From Promethearchaeota archaeon (GTDB lineage Archaea; Asgardarchaeota; Lokiarchaeia; Sigyniarchaeales; SOKP01), in the NCBI GenBank assembly GCA_019057865.1, contig JAHLWP010000006.1, forward strand, positions 89,955 through 153,954: DNA of 64,000 bases, given 5' to 3'. The notes below the pieces were generated by a model. The model ran no database searches. It had not been told where the DNA came from and was given only the letters and a program-made list of their open reading frames with translations. Position 1 is the first letter of the stretch, and the number at the start of each line of letters is the position of its first letter. A program made the translations under genes and the position numbers. Below are positions 28,499-38,188 of this stretch, one piece after another.

Positions 28499-31400
28499 AT
28501 GATAGAAATGAGTAAGAAAATGGAAGAATATTTTAATGTTATACAAAAGAAAGTCAATCAATGTTATAGTGTTGCCGAAAAAGCACGTCAAAAAGGACTT
28601 GATCCTGAACTATTTGTTGAGTCCCCCCAAGCTAAAGATTTGGCAGGAAGAGTAGAAAAATTAGTCGGTCCTGATGGTGTAGCTCAAGTTATAAGAGAAT
28701 TAAAGAAGCAGGTATTAACAGAAGATGAAATAGTTTTTAGAGTAGTTTCAGATATTTTAGATAAAAAAATTGGAAAGATAGAATCCTTGGATGAAAGGGT
28801 AGAAAGAGCAATAAGAGTTGGATTAGCTATAAAAACAATGGGTGTTGTTAGTGCCCCACTTGAAGGGATATCAAAAATTTTAATTCGACAAGATCAACAT
28901 GGTAATAAATATTTATCTTTGTATTTTGCAGGTCCAATTAGAGCTGCTGGAGGAACGACTGCAGCTTTATGTGTATTAATTGCTGATTATGTTAGAAAAA
29001 GATCTAACATTCCTAAATATGTTGCTACTGAAGCAGAAATTGGTAGATATGTAGAAGAAGTTAAGCTTTATGATAGAAGAGTCCATTTACAGTATCCTTC
29101 ATCTAACCGTGAAATACGTTATGCTGTGAAACACTTATCTGTTGAAATTAATGGTGATTCTACTGAGGATGAAGAAGTTTCAGCTTTCAGAGATCTCCCT
29201 AGAATTGAAACAAATCATATTAGAGGGGGTGCTTGTTTAGTTTTGAATGATGGAATACTACTTAAAGCACCCAAATTACATAGAATTGCAAAGAATATGC
29301 GCTTAGATGGATGGGATTGGTTAGCTGATTTGAATAAAGTTGCCCAAAAGGAAGAAATTATAGAAAAAAGGAAAGATAATGAAAAAGAAAAAATCACTCC
29401 AAATTCTAAATATGTTTCTGATATCATAGGAGGGAGACCTGTATTTAGTCATCCCTCTATGGTTGGAGGTCATAGAATTAGGTATGGACGCTCACGTAAT
29501 ACTGGATTAGCAGCAGCAGGAATTCATCCAGCAACAATGGCAATATTGGATGATTTCATAGCAATCGGGACTCAACTTAGAATAGAAAGACCAGGAAAAA
29601 GTGCAAGTATATGTCCTGTAAGCAGTATTGAAACACCCATCATAAAATTGAAAAACGGAGATGTTATCAAAGTTTCAAATGTAGGAATTGCTAAGGAATT
29701 ATTTCCTGAAATTGAAAAAATTTTATTTTTGGGAGATATTCTTTTTGGATTTGGTGAATTTGCTGAAAACAACCATAAATTAGTTCCTTCTGGTTATGTT
29801 GAGGAATATTGGGCTTTAGAATTAGAAAGAGCTGCAAAAATACAAAATAATCTGAATCCCAAAATAATGAAATATATAGAAAATCCTTTTCAGAATATAC
29901 CTGCTGCTGAAGAAGCAATTAAAATTTCTCGAAAATATAAAGTACCTTTACATCCTACTTATACAGATTACTGGGGAAACATTTCAGTAGAAGACTTAGT
30001 AACTTTACGGGATGTTTTTATAAAAGCTATTAACACCTCAGAAAATAAGATTATTTTAAATTTTAATAAAGATATTAAAGAAATCTTAGAGAAAGCATTC
30101 GTAATTCATAAGGTAAGAGATAATAAAATAAGATTTAGTAATGCTATGGAATATATTTATAGAGTAATATTCAATTTAAATAAAAAAGATTCAATTAAAA
30201 TTGAAAAAGAAGATGATGTATTTACTCTTTTTCATAAAATTTCTTCTATTGAGATTAGGAATAAAGCACCATTTTTTATAGGTACACGAATGGGGCGGCC
30301 TGAAAAATCTGAAAGAAAAAGTATGAAGGGAATTCATGTTTTATTTCCATTAAGTGATAAAGTAGGAAATACGAGATCTGTGCAAAAAGCAATTGAATTT
30401 GAAAAAGTGAAGATTGATGTTTGTAGAAAGCAATGTCCTAAATGTGGAATAGTAACCATTTTTAATTCATGCCCCAAATGTGGAACTCCCACACAATTTA
30501 AAAAAATCTGCGAAAAATGTAAAAAGTTATATCCAATATATGATGAAATCTGTTCTTTATGTGGGCTTCCATTAAAAAATTCTAAAGAAGCATTATTTAA
30601 TATAAAAAACTATCTGAACTCAACATTAAAAACCCTAAATTTACCAATGCCTAAAAAACTGAAAGGAATATTTGGCCTCACAAATAAATTAAAAGTTCCT
30701 GAACCTATTGAAAAAGGAATTTTAAGAGCTAAAAATAACGTTTTAGTCTATAAAACGGCTGAAATAAGATATGATGCTACTGATATTCCTTTAACTCATT
30801 TCAAGCCAAAAGAAATTGAAACCTCTATTAAAATATTGAAGAGTTTAGGATATGAGGAAGATATCTATGGGATTGCCCTTCAAGATGATAATCAAATTTT
30901 AGAACTTAAAGTTCAAGATGTAGTACTATCCATTGATTGCGCTACATATTTTATTAAACTTACAAATTTTTTGGATGATGAACTTGAATATTTTTATAAA
31001 ATGGAGCGCTTTTATAATGTATCTGCTAAAGAAGATTTGATTGGACATCTTGTTGTTGGTCTAGCTCCTCATACTAGCGCTGGAGTCATCGGTAGAATCA
31101 TTGGTTTTACCTCTGCACGTTCTATTTACGCCCATCCTTACTGGCATGCAGCAAAAAGAAGAAATTGCGACGGTGATGAAGATGGTATTATGCTTCTCTT
31201 AGATCCTTTATTGAACTTTTCAAGACATTATCTTCCTAATAAAATAGGAGGAAGAATGGATGCAACTTTAGTAATTGGTACGATATTAGATCCAAATGAA
31301 ATAGATATAGAGGCGCATAATGTTGATACTTTATCTAAATACCCCTTAGAGTTTTATAAGGCTACTGAACGATATTCGGCACCTTCAGAAATAGAAAATA

Positions 31401-31924
31401 TCATGAAGCTCGTTAAAAGTCGGTTAGGAACCCCAGAACAATATGAAAATTTGGGCTATAGTATTCCTACAGATAATATAAATAACGGCCCAATAACAAC
31501 TGCTTACAAAAAATATAAGACTATGGATGAAAAAATTGATGCCCAATTACATCTAGCAAAAATTATTAAACCTGTAGATGCAAAAAATGTTGCTGAGAAA
31601 ATTTTAACAACTCATTTTAACCCTGATATTTTAGGAAATTTAAGAAAATTTGCTATACAAGGTTTTAGATGTGTAAAATGCAATGAAAAATTCAGAAGAC
31701 CCCCACTTTCTAATAATGGTAAATGTCCTAGATGTGGAAATAATGTAATATTGACAGTAAATCGGGGAGGGATTGAAAAATATATTCCAAGAGCCCTTAG
31801 GATTTGTAAAAATTTTCGTTTGGATGATTATACTATACAGCGTATGAGATTAATAGAAGAATATGTAGAAAGTTTAACTAATAATCCCAAAATCAAACAA
31901 CACAAATTATCAGACTTTTTTTAA
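28499..31924 (+). CDS. polC: DNA polymerase D large subunit DP2
   Basis: FAGPIRAAGGT, RYGRSR, RMGRPEK and HAAKRRNCDGDED motifs; C-terminal PIP box QHKLSDFF. Confidence 0.98.
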   Translation: MIEMSKKMEEYFNVIQKKVNQCYSVAEKARQKGLDPELFVESPQAKDLAGRVEKLVGPDGVAQVIRELKKQVLTEDEIVFRVVSDILDKKIGKIESLDERVERAIRVGLAIKTMGVVSAPLEGISKILIRQDQHGNKYLSLYFAGPIRAAGGTTAALCVLIADYVRKRSNIPKYVATEAEIGRYVEEVKLYDRRVHLQYPSSNREIRYAVKHLSVEINGDSTEDEEVSAFRDLPRIETNHIRGGACLVLNDGILLKAPKLHRIAKNMRLDGWDWLADLNKVAQKEEIIEKRKDNEKEKITPNSKYVSDIIGGRPVFSHPSMVGGHRIRYGRSRNTGLAAAGIHPATMAILDDFIAIGTQLRIERPGKSASICPVSSIETPIIKLKNGDVIKVSNVGIAKELFPEIEKILFLGDILFGFGEFAENNHKLVPSGYVEEYWALELERAAKIQNNLNPKIMKYIENPFQNIPAAEEAIKISRKYKVPLHPTYTDYWGNISVEDLVTLRDVFIKAINTSENKIILNFNKDIKEILEKAFVIHKVRDNKIRFSNAMEYIYRVIFNLNKKDSIKIEKEDDVFTLFHKISSIEIRNKAPFFIGTRMGRPEKSERKSMKGIHVLFPLSDKVGNTRSVQKAIEFEKVKIDVCRKQCPKCGIVTIFNSCPKCGTPTQFKKICEKCKKLYPIYDEICSLCGLPLKNSKEALFNIKNYLNSTLKTLNLPMPKKLKGIFGLTNKLKVPEPIEKGILRAKNNVLVYKTAEIRYDATDIPLTHFKPKEIETSIKILKSLGYEEDIYGIALQDDNQILELKVQDVVLSIDCATYFIKLTNFLDDELEYFYKMERFYNVSAKEDLIGHLVVGLAPHTSAGVIGRIIGFTSARSIYAHPYWHAAKRRNCDGDEDGIMLLLDPLLNFSRHYLPNKIGGRMDATLVIGTILDPNEIDIEAHNVDTLSKYPLEFYKATERYSAPSEIENIMKLVKSRLGTPEQYENLGYSIPTDNINNGPITTAYKKYKTMDEKIDAQLHLAKIIKPVDAKNVAEKILTTHFNPDILGNLRKFAIQGFRCVKCNEKFRRPPLSNNGKCPRCGNNVILTVNRGGIEKYIPRALRICKNFRLDDYTIQRMRLIEEYVESLTNNPKIKQHKLSDFF

Positions 31925-31925
31925 C

Positions 31926-33122
31926 TTATTCTACTCTTAAATCTAAGCTTCTTAAGGTTTGATAACAAATATACAAACATCCATTTAGATTCTCAGCAGA
32001 ACATTTATCAGGAGTGTCTTTTGTTGAATGAATATATTTAGTATCATTATCGGAATGAAAATAAACAATTTGAATCTTTTTTCTTGCTCTCTTGACATAG
32101 CTTCGAAATGATCTGTGATCACTCTTTGGTGGTATTAATTTATTGTATCTAGTCAGAGGGATATTTAGATTTTTTGCAGTAGCTTCAAAAACATCATTTA
32201 AATTTTTATTCAAGCTTCTTCTAAATAAACCAACTCGATCTACAAGCCCAATGTATGATCCTACCATGTCAATATTGATAAGAATAGATCTATTAAGATC
32301 ATATTTTTCATTTAAATCAATAATGTGTTTCCTACAGAATTCTTTTGAACCTTTCAAACCCCATTCCTCAGCTCCGGGCCATACAAATAAAATATCCATC
32401 TTTTCAAGTGGGTTTCTTTGGAAATGTTTTGCTAATTCAATCAAAATAGAAACCCCACTTGCGTTATCAATCGAACCTGCGGATGGTTTTTCATTAAATA
32501 CCAGATATAATATTGGTACTGAGATAAAGATTCCGATCAGTGATATTATAGCAATCATAATTATAATACTATTAGGAAGAAGAACAATTAAAAGAAAATC
32601 AAGAGTAAGCCACAATGAAAAAACTATTATAACTATAACATAGAATCCAATTATTAATCTGTATATAAAGAATATTACCCATTGAACTTTATAAGGAATA
32701 TTTGCAGAAATAGAATCATAATGGGCAGAAAAAATTACTAATGGTCTATTTTTTCCTTTTTTATTAGCCAGAATTTCAGCAAAAATATTTTTTGCTGATT
32801 CTTTTTTTATCAAGGTCATATTACGTGTTCTTTCAAATAAATATTTTATTACGTAATATATTACTAAAACTAAAATTAAACGTGCAAGGAGGAGATACAT
32901 TAATATAATTAAATAAGTTGTTCTCATTAAAACCCTCGTAGGACCAGCCCAAGAAAAATATTCAATCTTTGAATTGATTTTCTCTTTTGCTAATTCATTC
33001 TCAATATAATATGTTGCTTCTGTTTCTCCTGTAGATGAAGCTGTACGTCTAAATGCTAAAGATTTAACATGGTCAATTGTAACCGATTCATCGTCTAATA
33101 TTAAATTTGAAATACTTATCAC
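31926..33122 (-). CDS. Membrane-embedded M28-family peptidase
   Basis: SAHYDS, DNASG, AEEWGL, NIDMVG, SDH and IHS..D motifs with inserted TM segments. Confidence 0.88.
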   Translation of the reverse strand: MISISNLILDDESVTIDHVKSLAFRRTASSTGETEATYYIENELAKEKINSKIEYFSWAGPTRVLMRTTYLIILMYLLLARLILVLVIYYVIKYLFERTRNMTLIKKESAKNIFAEILANKKGKNRPLVIFSAHYDSISANIPYKVQWVIFFIYRLIIGFYVIVIIVFSLWLTLDFLLIVLLPNSIIIMIAIISLIGIFISVPILYLVFNEKPSAGSIDNASGVSILIELAKHFQRNPLEKMDILFVWPGAEEWGLKGSKEFCRKHIIDLNEKYDLNRSILINIDMVGSYIGLVDRVGLFRRSLNKNLNDVFEATAKNLNIPLTRYNKLIPPKSDHRSFRSYVKRARKKIQIVYFHSDNDTKYIHSTKDTPDKCSAENLNGCLYICYQTLRSLDLRVE

Positions 33123-33203
33123 ACTAAAATTTATTATTATAATCCTTTCAATCTGATATTTCTATTAAATATTACGTGATATTTTAACAGAAAAGTTATG
33201 TGA

Positions 33204-33318
33204 TGCAGGAGGTGGGATTTGAACCCACGAAGACCTATGTCACTAGAGCCTCAGTATCACCGTAGACACACATTAGTGTCTTACGCTAGCGCCGTAGACC
33301 AGGCTTGGCAACTCCTGC
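33204..33318 (-). tRNA. tRNA-Leu(GAG) with a 30-nt intron at non-canonical position 30/31 (33256-33285)
   Basis: Acceptor stem GCAGGAG/CTCCTGC, long variable arm and GTTCAAATC T-loop. Removing the insert restores CTAGA-CTGAGGC-TCTAG. BHB central helix CGCU/GGUG with bulges AGC and AUA. Confidence 0.9.
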
Positions 33319-33647
33319 GATATTATTTTGTATTTTTAATTATTTTAATTCTCTTGAGAGAACAATTAAAGATAAAGTAATTAATTTTTAAAATCTTTTT
33401 TCTTAATTTTCATAATTTTTAATATTTAATACTCCGAATCAAATTTAAAAAGCGTTTTAGGGTGCTTATAGAGAACAGAAATCTAAATTTTAAAGGATAA
33501 TAATAGGTTCATCTGATATGTTTAAGAAAAAGATTTTTATTTTCAATAAAGATTTCGCTTAGAATAATAAAAGATATACTAATTATTTAAATTAGTATGC
33601 TAGATATAATATTAAATAAAAAGTATAAATTTACAAGGTAAAAATTC

Positions 33648-34658
33648 GTGTCTGTTGATAGAAAGAAATTAACAGCGCTACTTAAATGGTATAGTCAATC
33701 AGTTGAAAATGTAATAGCAGTCCTAGTACTAAATAGACATGGTTTAGTGATTGATGCTTTAACAAGATCACCAGAAAAATCTGTTGAAGAAGAGATAGTT
33801 GGGGGTATTAGTGCTCTAGTAGAGCCCGTGTTAAATAGAATTACAGAAGAATTTAGTTCAGGATCTTTTGGAACAGGCACTTTTGATACCGAAGAACATA
33901 GATTCATTTTTTGTGAAGCAGGACCAGAAGCAATTTTAGTGACTGTATTAGATGCCATAGCGATGGTGGATCCAGTATTTCCTTATGCTTATCTGACAGC
34001 AGAGAAAATAACTCGAATTTTTGATGGTCGAACAGTAAGCCCGGTAATTCCTAAACTATTTACTGCAAAAGAAGATCAAAATATTGAGAGGAAAGTGGAT
34101 GCACTCCAAAAAATTAATGTTAATTCAGGAGAATACGCTTATAAATTAATTTTAGGTGGTGATGGTGCTGTTGGAAAAACAAGTATGGTCCATCGTTTTG
34201 TAGAAGATGAATTCGAAAAAGATTATAAGTCTACGATTGGAACTTCAATAATGAAAAAAGAATGTAGTTTCGAAGGGTTAAGTAGTGCAGTTCGTTTTGT
34301 CATTTGGGATTTAGCAGGTCAATCCCAGTTTAAAAGAGTTAGACTATCTTATTTAGCAAAAGCAGAAGCAGGAATTTTAGTTTTTGATGTAACTAGAAGA
34401 GAAACTTTTGAAAATATTGATAATTGGTATAATGAATTTATTCAAGCCTCAGAAAATATTTCTCTTATTTTAGTTGGAAATAAGATAGATTTAGAAGATA
34501 AACGATTAGTTTCAACTGAAGAGGGAGAAGAAGTAGCACAAAAATTAGAATTATCTTATATAGAAACATCAGCTCTTACAGGAGAAAATATTGATGATGC
34601 TTTTAGAATACTTGCTTTACAAATGATAAAGCGGTATTTTACCACTGAAGAAGTATAA
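33648..34658 (+). CDS. Roadblock/LC7 domain fused to a Rab-like small GTPase
   Basis: N-terminal roadblock pattern (AVLVLNRHGLVI...EAGPEAIL); GDGAVGKT, YKSTIG, WDLAGQ, GNKID and ETSA motifs. Confidence 0.9.
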   Translation: MSVDRKKLTALLKWYSQSVENVIAVLVLNRHGLVIDALTRSPEKSVEEEIVGGISALVEPVLNRITEEFSSGSFGTGTFDTEEHRFIFCEAGPEAILVTVLDAIAMVDPVFPYAYLTAEKITRIFDGRTVSPVIPKLFTAKEDQNIERKVDALQKINVNSGEYAYKLILGGDGAVGKTSMVHRFVEDEFEKDYKSTIGTSIMKKECSFEGLSSAVRFVIWDLAGQSQFKRVRLSYLAKAEAGILVFDVTRRETFENIDNWYNEFIQASENISLILVGNKIDLEDKRLVSTEEGEEVAQKLELSYIETSALTGENIDDAFRILALQMIKRYFTTEEV

Positions 34659-34662
34659 AGAA

Positions 34663-34761
34663 AGCCTCTGGGGGGAATTGAACCCCCGACCTACAGATAT
34701 TTCTGTAAATCTTTATTGTTACACATACGAATCTGTTGCTATACCGCTAAGCCACAGAGGC
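34663..34761 (-). tRNA. tRNA-Thr(CGT) with a 27-nt intron at canonical position 37/38 (34699-34725)
   Basis: Acceptor stem GCCTCTG/CAGAGGC, U discriminator, anticodon arm ACAGA-TTCGTA[intron]A-TCTGT. The BHB motif is relaxed. Confidence 0.9.
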
Positions 34762-34814
34762 TTTTCATACGATTCATTAAATAATAATTCGAAACAAATT
34801 TTAAATTTTACCTT

Positions 34815-35828
34815 ATGAGAAATAATGATAAGTTAGGGAATTTAGGAGAACTTAAACTGATTAAGATTATTGAAGAGACAGTTTATGAAAAGACAGGAAG
34901 TCATTTAATCAGAGACGATTCATTCTTTTTCTCGCTTGATCATAATGACAAAAATATTCTAATTTTTAATTCTGATATGCTAGTATCGACAACTGATGTA
35001 CCTTCTCAAATGAAATCTTATCAAATCGGTCGAAAAGCTGTTCTTATGAATATTAGCGATTTAATAGTAAAAAGTGTTGAACCACTCGGAATTTTTATTT
35101 CTTTAGGGTTGCCTAAAGATATGTTGTTAAAAAATTTTAGAGATTTAATCTCTGGTATCATTGATTATTGTAAAAAATTAAATTTAGAATATATTGGAGG
35201 AGATCTTAATGAAACTAAAGAGATTATTATTAATCCGACTGTATTTGGAACTCAAGATCCTTCAAAATTAATATATAGAACTGGAATGAAGTCTGGGGAT
35301 TATTTAGTTGCAAATCGTAAATTTGGCCTAACGGGAGTTGGATTTGATATACTACTCTCCAAAAATGGTAATATTGAAAATTATGCCTCATACCGGAGAT
35401 CAGTAAATAGCATTATAGAACCTGAAGATATAGGTTATGAATCTTTTATTTTATCCGAAAATAACTTAGCTACTGCAAGTATAGATTCATCTGACGGTTT
35501 AGCAAAATCTTTAACTGATTTAATGTATTCTAATCCAAATATAGGTTTTGAAATTGAATTTAGTGACCAATTAATTGATGAAGAGGCTAAAAATTACTCT
35601 AAAAAGTTTAAAATCTCTCTTGAAGACTTAGTTTTTAATGCAGGTGAGGAATTTATACATCTTTTTACAATCGACCCAAAAGACTATGATACTGCCAAGA
35701 AATTAATTAGAGAAAGTAATGGTCAAATTTATTTAATAGGAAAAGTGATTTCAGACGGTAAGATTTTCTTTTTATCTAAAGGAAAAAAAAATGAATTAAA
35801 ATACTTTGGATTTGAACATTTTAAATAG
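34815..35828 (+). CDS. thiL: Thiamine-monophosphate kinase
   Basis: LGELKLI, DMLV, NISDL, GGDLN, IDSSDGL and GEEF motifs. Confidence 0.93.
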   Translation: MRNNDKLGNLGELKLIKIIEETVYEKTGSHLIRDDSFFFSLDHNDKNILIFNSDMLVSTTDVPSQMKSYQIGRKAVLMNISDLIVKSVEPLGIFISLGLPKDMLLKNFRDLISGIIDYCKKLNLEYIGGDLNETKEIIINPTVFGTQDPSKLIYRTGMKSGDYLVANRKFGLTGVGFDILLSKNGNIENYASYRRSVNSIIEPEDIGYESFILSENNLATASIDSSDGLAKSLTDLMYSNPNIGFEIEFSDQLIDEEAKNYSKKFKISLEDLVFNAGEEFIHLFTIDPKDYDTAKKLIRESNGQIYLIGKVISDGKIFFLSKGKKNELKYFGFEHFK

Positions 35829-35928
35829 AAGAATTCTTATATTATAGTAAATTTAAACTATTCATATTAAGCAACATCACATTAAGCAACTATTAACTAT
35901 TGTAAAGATGATATGAAATAATGTTTAA

Positions 35929-36002
35929 GGGCTATTGGCGCAGGCAGGTAGCGCAGCAGGCTTTTAACCTGACGGTCGGGGGTTCAATTCCCCTATAGCC
36001 CG
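35929..36002 (+). tRNA. tRNA-Lys(TTT), no intron
   Basis: Acceptor stem GGGCTAT/ATAGCCC, D-stem GCGC/GCGC, anticodon loop CTTTTAA and GTTCAATTC T-loop. Confidence 0.93.
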
Positions 36003-36109
36003 TTTATTTTTATATGGGTACTTTGATAAACTAAAACCTTGAAGTTGTCAGACATAATTAAATATAAAAAGATTTATAAATTACAATAGAATTTAACTAA
36101 ATTGATAAT

Positions 36110-37114
36110 ATGGAAACCATACAATTCAGATTGCCCTCTGATGAACCTGAACAACTTTTGGTGAAATCCCAAGATAGTACTAACCCTAGTTATGGCTGTG
36201 AACCAGATAAAAGAGACATAGAAACACTTTTACAATATGGAGTTATAAATTTGGACAAACCAAGTGGTCCCACTAGTCATGAAGTTGTATCATGGGTTCG
36301 TAAAATTTTAGGAATATCAAATGCAGGTCATGGGGGAACATTAGATCCTAAAGTAGTTGGGGTTTTACCATGTGCTTTGGGAAGAGCTACACGTGTATTA
36401 TCTGCTCTTTTAAATGCTGGTAAAGAATATATAGGAATTATGTTTTTACACACTCATGAAAAAATAAAAAAAATTGAAAAAGTTTTCAAATTATTTACCG
36501 GAAAGATTTATCAAAGACCACCAATTAAATCTTCTGTTGTAAGAAAATTAAGAGTAAGAGAAATATATTATATTAAAGCACTTGAAGTAAGTAAAAATCA
36601 TGTTTTATTCCGAGTTGGGTGCGAAGCTGGAACTTATATTAGAAAATTGTGTTTTGATATAGGTGAAGTTCTGTGTTCTGGTGCTCATATGCTTGAACTA
36701 AGAAGAACTAGAGTAGGTAATTTTATTGAAGATAATAATTTAATTACTCTCCAAAATCTGAAAGATGCATTTACAATATATCAAGAAGAAGGAGAAGAAT
36801 ATTATTTAAGAAAGATAATATTTCCAATGGAAAAGATGGTTTCTCATATACCAAAAATTTATGTTAGAGACTCTGCTGTTGATGCGTTATGCCACGGTGC
36901 GGATTTAGCGGCCGCTGGAGTTTGTTTCATTGATGCAAGAATTAAAAAAGACATGCAAGTAGCATATATGACTCTTAAAAGAGAATTAATAGGATTTGGA
37001 ATTACAGAGAAAAATTCAATGGAGATTTATAAAGCAAAATCAGGTATTATTGTAAAAACAAATAAGATTTTCATGGAGCGTAGTATTTACCCTCGTTGGA
37101 ATAAAATAAAATAG
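36110..37114 (+). CDS. cbf5: H/ACA RNA-guided pseudouridine synthase Cbf5
   Basis: LDKPSGPTSHEV, GHGGTLDP, CEAGTYIR and ELRRTR motifs; C-terminal PUA domain. Confidence 0.96.
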   Translation: METIQFRLPSDEPEQLLVKSQDSTNPSYGCEPDKRDIETLLQYGVINLDKPSGPTSHEVVSWVRKILGISNAGHGGTLDPKVVGVLPCALGRATRVLSALLNAGKEYIGIMFLHTHEKIKKIEKVFKLFTGKIYQRPPIKSSVVRKLRVREIYYIKALEVSKNHVLFRVGCEAGTYIRKLCFDIGEVLCSGAHMLELRRTRVGNFIEDNNLITLQNLKDAFTIYQEEGEEYYLRKIIFPMEKMVSHIPKIYVRDSAVDALCHGADLAAAGVCFIDARIKKDMQVAYMTLKRELIGFGITEKNSMEIYKAKSGIIVKTNKIFMERSIYPRWNKIK

Positions 37115-37143
37115 AAAAAGAAATAATAAGAATTTCTTTTATC

Positions 37144-37770
37144 ATGGAAAGAAAAAATCAACATTATTCCACTCATTTTCCAGATGTTAAATTAAAGGTG
37201 TATACTATTTCAGAAAGTTTAAGGAGGCATCTTTATATATTTAAAACTTTAACCGGAGTTTTTTCTTTTAGAAAGATAGATTTAGGAACAAAAATTTTAA
37301 TTGAACATATGTTTATTCCTAATGAACCAAGTGGTCTACTCGACTTGGGATGTGGGTATGGACCTATAGGAATTGTATTAGCATATGAATCACCTAATAG
37401 TGTAGTGTATTTAATTGATATTAATAAAAATGCTATTTGGTGTGCCAAAGAAAATTTAAAAATTAACTTACCAGACAATAAGAAACGTGTAAAAGTATTA
37501 TCAGGGAATTATTTTGAACCATTAGAAAATAAGGATTTAAAATTTAATGGAATTTATATGAATCCCCCCTTGCGAGAAGGGAGAAAAGCATTTATTAAGC
37601 TATTATGTGAAATTCCAGATTATTTAAAACCAAATGGATTTTTCCAGTTTGTAATGAAAAAAAAGATGGGCGCTCTATATATGTTCAAGTTTCTTAAGGA
37701 CTCTTATCCGGATAAGAAAATCGATATTTTATGCAAAAGAAGTGGATATTGGGTTTTTAATTGTTTTTAA
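37144..37770 (+). CDS. RsmC-like class I SAM-dependent methyltransferase
   Basis: GVFS..KIDLGT, LDLGCGYGPIG and NPP motifs. Confidence 0.88.
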   Translation: MERKNQHYSTHFPDVKLKVYTISESLRRHLYIFKTLTGVFSFRKIDLGTKILIEHMFIPNEPSGLLDLGCGYGPIGIVLAYESPNSVVYLIDINKNAIWCAKENLKINLPDNKKRVKVLSGNYFEPLENKDLKFNGIYMNPPLREGRKAFIKLLCEIPDYLKPNGFFQFVMKKKMGALYMFKFLKDSYPDKKIDILCKRSGYWVFNCF

Positions 37771-37866
37771 GAATAATTATTACTATTTATCATTAAAAGT
37801 TCTTGAAGAAATAACGAAAAAATAGAAAAATTTTTTAGAAAAGTATGATTTTTTTATATATTATTA

Positions 37867-38142
37867 GTGAGTAAAGAGGATTTTTCCTTGACTAAAAAGC
37901 GGATAGATGTTTTACTTCATAAATTTGTGCCTCACCATGTCCTCCTAACTAAAGAAGAATCTCAGAAGCTTTTACAAAAATACCAAATAGATGTTAATGA
38001 TCTGCCTCAGATGTTTGAAAAAGATCCAGTTGCTATTGCAATAGGGGCAAAAGAAGGAGACATAGTAAAATTAGTTAGAAAATCAAATACTACGGTAAAA
38101 TCTGTTGATTATTATCGATATGTGAAAAAGGAAAAAGTCTAA
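37867..38142 (+). CDS. rpo5: RNA polymerase subunit Rpo5 (H)
   Basis: HKFVPHH, LP...DPVA..IGAKEGDIVKLVRKS and YRYV motifs. Confidence 0.96.
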   Translation: MSKEDFSLTKKRIDVLLHKFVPHHVLLTKEESQKLLQKYQIDVNDLPQMFEKDPVAIAIGAKEGDIVKLVRKSNTTVKSVDYYRYVKKEKV

Positions 38143-38188
38143 CAAATATTCTTTTATAAATATAATAATTATTGTGGTTTAATGAATA

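Noticed and set aside
35866-35890. ATTAAGCAAC tandem repeat upstream of tRNA-Lys
   Set aside because: Only two 10-nt copies in AT-rich DNA; too little to call a regulatory site.
33204-36002. tRNA genes as integration sites of a mobile element
   Set aside because: I saw no duplicated tRNA 3' ends and no integrase in the window.
36110-37114. BHB intron in cbf5, as in Crenarchaeota
   Set aside because: The ORF is continuous through GHGGTLDP.
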